Shown here in pieces: positions 37,010 through 49,352 of a stretch of DNA of 64,000 nucleotides. This stretch comes from Basidiobolus meristosporus CBS 931.73 (taxonomy: Eukaryota; Fungi; Basidiobolomycota). The first letter of the stretch is position 1; each line of letters starts with the position of its first letter. The translations under genes were made by a program, and so were the position numbers. A model generated the notes under the pieces. It ran no database searches. It was given only the letters and a program-made list of their open reading frames with translations, and had not been told where the DNA came from. The stretch is from contig MCFE01000120.1 of NCBI GenBank assembly GCA_002104905.1, positions 62,001-126,000 of the forward strand. The letters run 5' to 3'.

Positions 37010-37604
37010 GGGACAAACACTTTGCACTCAACAACATAATACCATTATGTCCCTTTTTGTCAATACTGATGTGAACTTACGACAGTTTTGTATCTGATAC
37101 ATTGCACAAACATGAATGTAAGATTCAAAGATGACCTACCATAGTAAGCATTTTAAATAAAGCTGTGGCACCACATGCACATGTATATGTAGCATCATTT
37201 CCCCTTTGGTTTGACTCACCTCCATACATATGCCACCAAAAGATAAAGTAAAGTCATCTGGCGCCCAACCAAACCCCATTGCTGACAGCAGCAGAAGAAT
37301 GGTTGGACAACAGCCTGCTTTGACATTTAGTGCAACAAGCAGAGCTATAATCAAAAAAGGTCCTGTGGACAGTTTGCCCAGCAGTGGGAATAAAGCATAC
37401 TCCTCAGGCTTTCAGTCCAGTTGGCAATTTGGGATATCTGTGGAGCCATAAGCTGACCATATGGCTGAAACAGATGAGAATGTGGCAAAAGTGGTATCCT
37501 CCGTTCAAGACCAGCAAGTGGCCATCATAATACAACCACCACCCATATTAGCAACTATGCTGTCAGCTCATACCAAAGCATTAATAGGCAATTAGGTGCA
37601 GCAG

Positions 37605-38671
37605 TGTGTTGGTGCATAGGTCCAAGGGAGAAATATGTCCAACACTTCTTAAGTGTTTTGTGTGTGGGGTGTTCACTGGGTGCAATAACCTCTGGCAAAC
37701 CCTGCTAGGAATACTTGTCTTCTGTCTCTAATCTATTGTGAAGGGGAATAAAGCCTCAAGCTTGTCAAAAGAAAACTTTTGAGCTAAAATCCCCAACTTA
37801 GTTGGCGTCTTAACAAATGTATATGCTGGGTTCAGTGTCCTTTGTGATGACAATGTACTAAAGCTTCCAAAGTCAATACAACTGTAAACTCCACCAGCAG
37901 GGACCTGATAAAAATGCAGCTGTGGTCAATAGTCACAAAGACAGAAAAGTGTCTTTGCCTGTACAAGAACAAACCTTGCAAGGAATCAAATATAATAAAG
38001 ATACCTACTCTGGGTATTCCTCACAAGTAGTGCCTCCAAGGTCAGTTGGATGTCAGCGTGGTCTCCTGGGAGTGTCCTGTGGTCTGGGGTTGGAAGTTCA
38101 GGTAGCAGCATGTAGCAGTGATCACACTAATCAGCAAGTCAGTATATTGATAAAGGGATGATGATTTATTGTTGAGGGATTGCCTCCCTCATATACTTTT
38201 CTTACTGGCTAAGTGATTACTAATCATGATGTCCCAAAAGGTTCTAGATATCAATAAATATCTTAATGACATCAGAATGACCTAATAATTTTCTAAGTGG
38301 ACACCCGAAGGCTCTAAGAGGCACTGCATATCCAACCAATCAGGAATCAGTATTCTGTAGCTTGTGCAACATAGAGATACCGTATATGGTATGAAAATGG
38401 TAGGGATGGTGACACGGGTTGACCATGTGTCACAGGTACTGGTACAGGTACTTGCCTAATATAGAAGCACTTGTAGCTACTAATCTTACATATAGTGAGG
38501 GGTAACTTATGCAATAAGTTAAGCAGGGGTTATAGTCAACTGGCTTATGGGATAGTACTGATCACGTAAGACAAATGGGATAAAACCAAAGTAAGTGTGG
38601 TAGAGATATAGGGAAGTAGAAATATGGGAACAAGCACATCTGTCAGTGGGTGTCACTGCTACCCCACTACA
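37605..38671 (-). repeat. Solo LTR family E (1067 bp), TSD GCAG/GTGG (ancestral GCGG)
   Basis: Homologous to 43835-44905; empty site GGTGCAGCGGCTGATAGG at ~32910. Confidence 0.88.
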
Positions 38672-39470
38672 GTGGCTGATAGGATAGATGCAATGGCCCA
38701 GAGAAATCAGAAAGTAGTTTAGAAGCAGGATGAGCAGATAAAAGGTATGGAGCAATCAATATTTCAGTTAGAGCAAGCAGTGTCCTTGCTGCAAAGAAGG
38801 AACTCAAGTAGCTCAATGTCACAGCCAAGAATTAAGCCATTTCCCTGTGTGACAGCAGAGGAACACTGTACAGTGTTTGAAGCACAAAAACACTCCCCAA
38901 AGATAAAGCCTACAGAAAAAATATCACAGCATGGGAGGTAGAAGATATAGTGTTTATACCAAAGCCCAAAATCAAAAGACATTGAAGATCCATGCAGCTG
39001 TTAAGTGTAATGATGAAGAGTGGGCTAGTATTCAAGTGGTCACCAAAGGTCTAGTATGAAAACACTGTAAGGCCAGCATATAATTAAACTATCAGGAACT
39101 TAAGGCCCAGCAGAATGCACTTGACTTGCTCCATGAGAATTATCTTGGATTCAAACAAGCAAATGGCTTTTGGGCAAGCATTGCTATGCTAAGAAAGTTA
39201 CTCAAGAATAGTGGAAACTATCAAAGGCAGAAAAACAAGTGTGAAATGGCTAAAAACTAGCAGCCTCCTCAAGAGCCTGTTAGAAGCAGATCCAAATGCT
39301 TCAAACAGGCATCAAAGAGGCATCAGGTAGCTGGAAGAGTGTCAAAAAGGGAAAGGCAGGCAGACACAGAATCACAAGCACAGCATATACCAAGGAAAAA
39401 GTGTAGTTCTACTCAAGAAGCACTCAGTCAAAGCAGCAGTGAAGGACCTGGCAGTGATAAACACAGGCAG

Positions 39471-40672
39471 TGTAGTAGGGTCACAGTGACATCAACTGAC
39501 AGATGTGCTCATTCCTGTATTTTCTACTTCCCTATATCTCTACCACACTTACTTTGGTTTTGTCCCATTTGTCTTACGTGATCAGTACTATCCCATAAGC
39601 CAGTTGACTATCACCCCTGCTTACCTTATTGCATAAGTTACCCCTCACTATATGTAAGATTAGTAGCAACAAGTGCTTCTATATTAGGCAACTCTACTGC
39701 ACTTATTGTATTTTTATCACATTTGTCCTACTTGAACAGTACTATCCATAAGCTGGCTGACTATGACACCTGCTTACCTTATTGCATAAGTTATCCCTCA
39801 CATTATGTAGGACTACCAGCTGTAAGTGCTTCTATATTAGGCAGCACCTGCTGCCATACCTGTGAGATATGGTCAGCCTATGCCACCATCCCTACCATTT
39901 CTATACCATATATGGTATCCCTACATTACACAGGTTTCCAAATACTGGTTCCTGATTGGTTGGATGTGCAGTGCCTCTTAGAACCTTCTGGCACCTACTT
40001 AAAATGCTCTTAGCTCATTCTGATATCATTAAGATTTCTATAGATCTCCAGAACTTTCTGGAACACCATTATTAGTAATATTTTAGCCAGTGAGAAAAGT
40101 ATATCAGGGAGGTAATTCCTCAACAATCAATCATCATCCCTTTTATCAATATTCCAACTTTTTGATTAGTGTGATCACTGCTATCTGCTGCTACCTGAAC
40201 TGCCAACCCCAGACCACAGGACACTCCCAGGAGACCACGCTGACAGCCAACTGACCTTGGAGGCACTACTTGTGAGGAATACCCAGAGTAGGTATCTTTT
40301 ATTATATTTGATTCCTTCCCAAGTTTGTTCTTGTACAGGCAAAGATACTTTTCTGTCTTTGTAGCTATTGACCACAGCTGCATTCTTATCAAGTCCCTTC
40401 TGGTCAAGTTTATAGTTGTTTTGACTTTGGAAGCTTTAGTATATTGTCATCTCAAAGGACAAGGAAGCAAGCACATACTTTTGTTACAATGCCAACTAAG
40501 TTGGGGATTCTAGCTCAAAGGTTTTCCCTTGTCAAGCTTGTGGCTTTATTCCCTATCACAATAGATTAGAGACAGAACCCATGTATTCCTTGTAAGCTTT
40601 TGCCAGAGGTTATTGCACCCAGTGAACACCCACACACATAATACTTGAGAAGTGATGGGTGTATCTCTCCCT
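39471..40672 (+). repeat. Family E LTR in reverse orientation, last ~20 bp missing, with internal ~153-bp duplication
   Basis: Starts TGTAGTAGGG (reverse complement of the E LTR end); ends at GTATCTCTCCCT and joins ORF2 sequence. Confidence 0.82.
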
Positions 40673-43600
40673 AGCCCAGGACAGACTGAATTCTATGATA
40701 GCCAAGAAGAGTTACCAACATGAAAGCAGCTGTTTTCACAATAGTTGGCAGTGCAGCCAGTTAGCTACACTTCAGTGAGGTAGATGAGTTTGTGGAGAAA
40801 GGCAATTTGTCTACTACAGCCTCCATGTCCTCCATTGTTGACAGTGCAGATATCCCACTGACAGACAAAGGAGCAACATCAAGAACTCAAAAGGTTATCA
40901 CACTGCCTTTGATAAAATTTTGGTATGTCAATAGGCACACCAAGAGGTTGTAGCACTTCTTCAAAAGCAGTGCTCAAGAAAACGCACTTGAATATTGCAA
41001 TGACTTTTTACAAAGACTGGCAGATAGGGAGCTAGACCTTACAGTGCCAGCTGAAAACCAGGACATGTGGGAGCCAGTAAGGAACAGTGGCATGAAGCCA
41101 TTACATTCCTGCCAAAGTCATAGAAAGAGAGTGGTATAGCAGAAATTCTTATTGAGTGGTGGATTTTAATGGAGTTGCTTGTTGAGCATGGGGTTGGGCT
41201 TAATGTTAGTGTAGGGTATAGTGACTTATATAGGTCAACACACTTGACAATGGAGGTACAACTGAAGTTCCCACAGAAATTAATCAATTCTTAGTGCTGA
41301 AGAATAAGAGAAACAGTTGAGTCTGGTAGTAGGGAGTGTAAAAAGAGGCAATAGCCAATCAATGCACACAAACATAGAAGGCACTACAGTGTCCAGGATC
41401 AGAAAGTGAGAAAATTGCCAGAGAACCAAGCAAAAGCCACTTTTGTATTGTAAGGATGAGAAATTTTGACCAGCTTTTTTATGATATCCGGGGTGCTACT
41501 ATTTTTTGAAAGCCTTTGCATGTTGTCCTGATGGAATCAATACCTCTTAGTCATGGGACTTAGAATTTGTGGCAGCCTTTTGATGGGATTGTTACAACAA
41601 CTCTTCATAGTGTTGTAAGAGTCTTGGAGATATTGGAGGTGATTTGGAGAACAAGTAGATTATGCGATTATCACTTAATGATTTATTGAATGTAAAAGTA
41701 GTATTTATACTTTTACCTGGTGTTGGCATTACAAACATCTAGAATTGGTTAAAGAAGGTCCCAAGAGCATGTGTGCAAAGTTTAGGGCTGTTTGGACAAC
41801 TTTGTGAATTTTCATATTCTGGGTACCTGGTATTTAGGTGAAAATATTCTAAGTAAATCCTGACAAGGAATTTTGGTCAGTACTCTCTAGGATTTGAAGG
41901 TGATGATCTAAGTGACTAAGTTAGGAGAATATTTGGGTGTAAATATGAATTTTTTCAACACTCCTACTCAGCTAAATGTTCATACTGACTAGTCCTAATT
42001 TTGACCTAAGATATTCAAACTTGTCTCTAGCTAATGGTTTTGTAAATATGTCTGCAATTATTTCATCTGTAGGACAGTAAACTAAGCTAATTAAGTTATT
42101 CTCTATAGCTTCACATATGAAATGATGTCTAATATCTATGTGCATGGCTCTGGCATGAAAAGTTGGATTTCTACCTAATTGTATACATCCTTGATTATCT
42201 TGAAATAAAGTAATAGACGTTTTTTGACATAGGCCTAAATCTTTAAAAAGCTTTCTTAACCACATTACTTCTTTTGTAGCTTCACAGGCTGCCATATACT
42301 CTGCCTCTGTGGTGGAAAGTGCTATGGTTGGTGGCTTTCTTGAATTCCATGAAATTGCTCCTTTAGAGTAAAGAAAGGTGTATCCTGTGGTGGATCTTCT
42401 GTCTTCTAAATTTGGTCCCCAATCAGCATCAGAGTATCCCAAACAATCCTGTTCTGAATCCTTATAAGTGTATCTTAAGCAGATATCAGCAGTTCCTCTT
42501 AGGTATCTGAAAATCCGCTTAACTGCTGCAATATGATCAGATCCATAGTTCTGATTATGTTGGCTAACAACTCCTACTGAGTATGAGATATCTGGACGTG
42601 TTCCAAGCATGATATACATCAGACTGCCAACCATAGATTGATAAGGAAAGTCAGGGCTTTTAGATGGCACCAAGGTCTCTTGATTTGGTTGAGTTTTGAC
42701 CAAGTTGAGGCTTGTCTCCATTGGGGTAGCTGCCAGTTTACAGTCTTCCATTTAGTACTTCTTTGGTATATCTTGAATATACTTGGATTAGCTTAGGCTG
42801 ATAATCTGGGTACTTCTGTCTATGGTGAACTTAATCCCTAAGTAGTAACTAAGTTCTCTTAGATTGGACATCTTGAACTCTTTAGATAGGCTGGATTTAG
42901 TCTCTTCCAATGTTGCTAGATTATTGGCGGTTATAATAAGATCATCCTCATATAGAGCTAATAGAACTGGAGTTGCTCTATCTGGTTTATAGTATATACT
43001 ATAGTCAGCATTACTCCTTGTGAAACTTAAAGATTCCAAATAAGAATCTATCTTGCAATTCCAAGCTCTTGGTGATTGTTTGAGACCATATAGTGACTTT
43101 TTAAGCTTGCAGACCAAATAGGGGTTATCTTAGTCAGCAAGCCCATCAGGCTGGTCCATATACACATCCTCATCAGGTTCTTCATTCAAAAATGCAGTTT
43201 TTACATCCATTTGATGAATAAAAAACTTACATTTGGCTGCAATTGCCAAAGTTAATCTGATGGAATTAAACTTGGCTACTGGTGCAAAGGTCTCAGTATA
43301 GTAAAGTCCTTTTGTTCAAGAGTATCCTTTGACTACAAGTCTTGCTTTGTATCTTTCAATTGTACCATCAGCCTTGTATTTTGTCTTGAAGACCCATCTG
43401 CATCCAATTGATTTTTGGTTGATTGGTAATTTGACCAAGTCCCAAGTTTGATTTTGCATCAGGGCCTGATATTCCTCAGTCATTGCAGATCTCCAAAACT
43501 TTGTCTGAGGGCTATTTAGGGCCTCTTTTACAGTCAGGGGCTCATCAATATGAACTGAATAGGCATAGGCTAAGTTTGTACCCTCATTGATAGAGTAATT

Positions 43601-43834
43601 TGAGCTATTTCTTGTCCGATTAGATCTCTGGGCATTTGATACTGGAACAATTACTTCTGGGATATTCCTGGGCACTGATTCTGGCTGAACCATGGTTGTA
43701 GAGTCCTCTGGAGTGAAAAAATTATCATTGTTTTGCTCTGATGCAATCCTGACAATTGGTGGACTTGAGATCAAATTTTTGTCATCATCTGATGCCATTT
43801 TTTGTGAAAATTTTGAATTTTCATCAAACAATGC

Positions 43835-46800
43835 TGTGGTGGTGTATAAGTCCAAGGGAGAGATACATCCAACACTTCTCAAGTGTTTTGTGTGTGGGGT
43901 GCTCACTGGGTGCAATAACCTCTGGCAAAAGCTTGCTAGGAATACTTGGGTTCTGCCTCTAATCTAATGTGAATGGGAATAAAGCCACAAGCTTGTCAAG
44001 GGAAAACTATTGAGCTACAATTCCCAACTTAGTTGGCGTCTTAACAAAAGTATGGGCTGGGTTCAGCGTACTTTGAGATGGCAATGCACTAAAGCTTCCA
44101 AAGTCAAAACAACTGTAAACTCCACCAGCAGGGACTTGATAAGAATGCAGCTGTGGTCAATAGTTACAAAGACAGAGAAGTATCTTTGCCTGTACAAGAA
44201 CAAACTTGAGAAAGAATCAAATATAATAAAAGATACCTACTCTGAGTATTCCTCACAAGTAGTGCCTCCAAGGTCAGTTGGCTACCAGTGCGGTTTCCTG
44301 GGAGTGTCCTGTGGTCTGGGGTTGGAAGTTCAGGTAGCAGCAGATAGCAGTGATCACACTAATCAACAAGTTGGAATATTGATAAAAGGGATGATGATTT
44401 ATTGTTGAGGGATAGCCTCCCTTATATACTTTTCTTACCGGCTGAGTGATTACTAATCATGGTGTTCCAGAAGGTTCTGGATATCAATAGAAATCTTAAT
44501 GACATCAGAATGACCTAAGAATGTTCTAAGTAGGTGCCAGAAGGTTCTAAGAGGCACAGCACATCCAACCAATCAGGAATCAGTATTCTGAAACCAGTGT
44601 AACATAGGGATACCTTATATGGTATGGAAATGGTTGGGATGGTGACACGGGTTGATCATGTGTCACGGGTACTGGTGCGGGTACTTGCCTTATATAGAAG
44701 TACTTATAGCTAGTAATCTTACATAAAGTGAGGGGTAACTTATGCAATAAGGTAAGCAGGTGTGATAGTCAACCGGCCTATGGGATAGTACTGATTGGGT
44801 AAGACAAATGGGATAAAACTAAAATAAGTGTAGTAGAGATATAGGGAAGTAGAAAATAAGGGAATGAGCACATCTGTCAGTGGGTGTCACTGTCACCCCA
44901 CTACATCCACCCCCCTCTCAGCTTTGAACTTGGATCAAAGCAAACTAATCTTGATGTGCAAAATTCCTATGCTTGAATAACTTAAGTTGGTTTCCAGCAA
45001 CTGGTGCTCTCAACTGGGTGTTGTCAAGCTCAGATATGTAATAACTTCCATTTCCAATCACTTTGGAAATGAGGTAGGGGCCAGTCCATTTGTTGTCAAA
45101 CTTGTGGCTCCATTGTTTGTCCAAGGTGGAATCATAGAGTAGTACTGGGTCTCCTAGTGATAGTGGTTTTGGTCTTGTTGGGTGAGATTTGTCAAAGGGC
45201 ACCTTGTTCTTTAGTTGTGTATCCTTAAGTTGTTCAGCAGCTCTGCTAATATTCAAGTCATGGTGATCAAGTTGCTGTATGCAAGTTGCAAGGTGGGCTT
45301 CAGTCTGCATATTGGATCTCCAATTCAATGAGTTCCAAGTGACTGTGTTTAACTCAACTGGTAGTATGCAGTCATGTCCATAGAGTAGCTTGAATGGCAA
45401 TAATCCAGTTGTTTGCTTGGTAGTAATTCTATCTGCCCAGAGTGCTAGATGTAATTGCTGTGGCCACAGTGTTGTGTTATTCTCACAGGTCTTGACAAGA
45501 GAGTTCACCAATGGTCCATATCCTCTCTCTATCATTCCATTGGCTTGAGGGTGGTAAGCTGTTGTAAAAGCAATGTGTATCTTGTACTTTGAGCACAACT
45601 CCTTGATCATTTGGGATGTCATCTCTCCTCTGTCAGCAACAAACTGCTGGATGCAGCCAAATCTGCAGATGATGTCTTCAAGTGTAAATCTCCATATGGT
45701 ATGGCTCTTGTTGTTGGGCAAGGCTTAAGCCTCTGCCCATCCACTAAGGTCATCTCTAGCAACAATCAGGTACTTTTTTGATCCAGCTGTTGGCATGTGG
45801 ACAAGGTCAATACCAACCTTTTGCCATAGACAGATTGTGTAAGTAGGATGCAGTGGTTCTTCATAACGCTTGGAGGATCTCTTCTGGCAAGCTACACATG
45901 ACTCAACAAAGTGCTGGATATCATAGTACATGTTTTCCCAGTAGTACCTCTGAGCTGTGGTATTGTAGGTGGCTTCTTGTCCTCTATGTCCTCCTGGTTT
46001 TCCTTGGTGGATGCTTGTCATGATGTTCAGTTGCTCTTGAGGGGTAGTGACTACTCTTCTTGGCATAAGTCCAGACTTCACTTGCTCAAAGAGAAGATCA
46101 TCTTTAAGATAGTAGTGATGTGCCTTCTTCCTGAGTTTTCTAATCTCCTGAATTTCCATCCAACTAGGTTTCTTAAGTGTCCTTAGATATTCCTTGATCA
46201 GACTCCAGGTAGTTCTCTCTTGGTCTTTGATGGCAATCTGTTGGATCTCTGCATCAATAAAATCATCAAAGTGAGGGTCCAAGTCTTCAAATAATTGTGG
46301 TCCTTTCCTGGAGAGTGCATCAGCCACAACATTTGTCTTGCCAGGGATATGTTTGACCTCAAAGTCAAACATTTTCAGCCATGCCATCCATTGGTTTGTG
46401 GCATCATCAGGTAGGTCAGGCTTGTTGATCATTCCTATAAGTGGCTTGGCATCTGTCTCCAGGATAAAATGTGTCATGTAGAGTTGTGACTTCAGTTTCC
46501 TCAGCATCTTCACAACTCCTAGTAGTTCTCTCTTAATCTGTGAGTATCTTTGCTCTCTAGGAGAGAATAGGCAGCTCTCATATCTGCAGGCATAGCGGTT
46601 GCCATCTTCATCATCTTGTCCAAGTAGTGCTCCAGCTCCTATGGGGCTTGCATCCACTGTCAAAATAGGTGGGCATTCAGTGTTTTAATAGTCAAGAGGT
46701 CTTAGAACTGGTGGAGATACTAAGGCCTCTTTCAGTAATTGCATGGCTTCTTCTTGCTCTTCTCCCCAGATAAATGGGGTGTTCTTTCTCTGTAGTTGGT

Positions 46801-49352
46801 AAAATGGTTCTGCTATCTCAGATAATCTTGGGATCCAGATCCTAAAGAACCCACAAGCAGCCACAAAGCCATGAGCTTGTGTGAGATTTGTGGGGGTAGG
46901 CCAGTTGCATATCTTTTGTGTCTTGGAGTCTCCAGGTGAACGACCAAAGGTGTTGCATTTTTGTCCAACAATGGATATCTCTGATACACCAAAGCTGCTT
47001 TTCTCACCACTGATGGTGAGTCCAGCTTCTTCAATGGCTCCTAATATGGCATCATTGTCTGCAATATGGTCATAAACAAACTTTCTTACTCCAGGCATAA
47101 CTTCAGTGGTGTCCCGGAATTTTGGTCCTTTGATGCCTATGTCATCCACAAAGACAGCAAGTTTCCCAGGTATAAACTGATACAGCACATTTACCATGCA
47201 TCTCTGGAACTGAGCCACGGAGTTTGTAGCCCCTTGGCTGAGTCTTGTCATCCTCAACAGTCCAAATGGTGTCTGTAGTGCAAACATATCTCTTGATATC
47301 TCATCAAGGGGGATCTAGTCATATCCTGAGTAGAGATCATATGTTGAGTAGATGGAGTGGCCACTAAAGCTTTCTGCAAAGTCATCAATAGATGGAGGTA
47401 TAGCAGCATCTCTGATAGTGACAGCATTTGCAGGTTGCATGTCTTGAATGAATTGGAGCTTTCCATTCTTCTTTTTGGTCACAAACCATCTGTTAGCATA
47501 GGGTCCATGGCAAGGTTCTAGGATACCAGCTTCTATCTTCTTCTTAAGTAGGTCATGCACATCAGCTTGGAGTCCCCTGGGCAGTGGGTAAGGCTTAAAT
47601 GACCAGGGTGTGTGGGGCACTGTATGAAACTTGATGGGTTTTTCAACCAATGTCTTTAAGAGTCCCATCTCCTTGTCATTATATGAGAAGACCTTGTCAT
47701 GCCTTTTCAAGGTCTCCTTGAATAATAGTATCTCCTCTGGTGTTAGGTTTCCATCACCAATGATAAGTTGCTTAGGTCTCTCAGGTGTAAGTTGTATATC
47801 ATCTGGTGTTTCTTCTGGTGGTCTAATATAATCAGCGGGTCAAGATCCATCAGTCAGTGGGGTAAGTGATGGTCTAATCTTCTGTTCTACTGTCTTGTAT
47901 TTTGCTTGAACCATAGCTGTTTGCTCCTGTATATCTAATGAGCAGCTCCAAATGTTGGGGTGTATATTGTCAGGCTCTTCATCTTCTTCCATAACAAGAT
48001 GTGCCTTCTGGCAAGCAGTATGTGTCCTCTTATTGTTGGGTGTTACACCACAAAAGGTTGACTGTAGTCCTGGATTGGATCCTTGTATGGTGTACCATAC
48101 TGACCCATTGGAATAGTTGGTAGTTGTAGCCTTAGTACTGGTTTCCCTTGGTCTACCTAGCAGAAGGTCAAAGTTTGCCTTCTGGCAGATGAAGAGGGGA
48201 AGCCAGACCTTGATTCCTTGTACCTCAATAGGAAACTCGTGTACTACACCATAGAGTGGACTAGATCCTGAGTTTGCATTGGTGTGGTGGTGTATAGGTC
48301 CAAGGGAGAGATACATCCAACACTCTCAAGTGTTTTGTGTGTGGGGTGTTCACTGGGTGCAATAACCTCTGGCAAAAGCTTGCTAGGAATACTTGGGTTC
48401 TGTCTCTAATCTAATGTGAAGGGGAATAAAGCCACAAGCTTGTCAAGGGAAAACTATTGAGCTACAATCCCCAACTTAGTTGGCATCTTAACAAAAGCAT
48501 GTGCTGGGTTCAGCGTCCTTTGAGATGACAATGTACTAAAGCTTCCAAAGTCAAAACAACTGTAAACTCCACCTGCAGGGACTTGATAAGAATGCAGCTG
48601 TGGTCAATAGTTACAAAGACAGAAAAGTATCTTTGCCTGTACAATAACAAACATGGGAAAAAATCAAATAAAATAAAAGATACCTACTCTGAGTATTCCT
48701 CACAAGTAGTGCCTCCAAGGTCAGTTGGCTGCCAGTGCGGTTTCCTGGGAGTGTCCTGTGGTCTGGGGTTGGAAGTTCAGGTAGCAGCAGGTAGCAGTGA
48801 TCACACTAATCAACAAGTTGGTATATTGATAAAAGGGATGATGATTTATTGTTGAGGGATAGCCTCCCTTATATACTTTTCTTACCGGCTGAGTGATTAC
48901 TAATCATGGTGTTCCAGAAGGTTCTGGATATCAATAGAAATCTTAATGACATCAGAATGACCTAAGAATGTTCTAAGTAGGTGCCAGAAGGTTCTAAGAG
49001 GCACAGCACATCCAACCAATCAGGAATCAGTATTCTGAAACCAGTGTAACAGGGGGATACCATATATGGTATGGAAATGGTAGGGATGGTGACCCGGGTT
49101 GATCATGTGTCACGGGTACTGGCGCGGGTACTTGCCTAATATAGAAGTACTTATAGCTAGTAATCTTACATAAAGTGAGGGGTAACTTATGCAATAAGGT
49201 AAGCAGGTGTGATAGTCAACCGGCTTATGGGATAGTACTGATTGGGTAAGACAAATGGGATAAAACTAAAATAAGTGTAGTAGAGATATAGGGAAGTAGA
49301 AAATAAGGGAATGAGCACATCTGTCAGTGGGTGTCACTGTCACCCCACTATA
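43835..49352 (-). mobile_element. Gypsy family E element with two ~1070-bp LTRs (43835-44905, 48283-49352), TSD ATGC, lacking gag and PBS
   Basis: ATGC|TGTGGTGG...CCACTATA|ATGC in the Copia integrase. PPT GAGAGGGGGGTGGA at 44906-44919 (minus). RT AVFVDDIGIKG, RH VDASPIGAGALL, IN KVGIDLVHMP...HPQANGMIERG. Confidence 0.92.
44945..48282 (-). pseudogene. pol: Gypsy E pol (truncated PR, RT, RH, IN)
   Basis: ORFs 47840-48316, 47315-47710, 46685-47287, 45725-46663 and 44945-45721, with a few stops and frameshifts. Confidence 0.9.

Larger units (their letters stand above)
37230..41283 (+). pseudogene. CACTA ORF2 of the outer copy, interrupted by two family E LTRs
   Basis: MPPKDKVKSSGAQP... at 37230; MEQSIFQLEQAVSLLQRRNSSSSMSQPRI at 38747; C-terminal domain 40700-41283. 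Confidence 0.7.
15831..41610. mobile_element. Outer (host) CACTA copy, left end missing: transposase 15831-17075 plus 35746-37009 (minus), ORF2 37230-~41283 (plus), terminus cut by a Copia LTR at 41611
   Basis: Transposase sequence ...CCCCTGGA (17075) resumes as GGATCTTACA... (35746); the uninterrupted homologue is CCCCTGGATCTCACAC at ~25120-25135. Terminal ...CTCTTCATAG at 41610. Confidence 0.82.
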
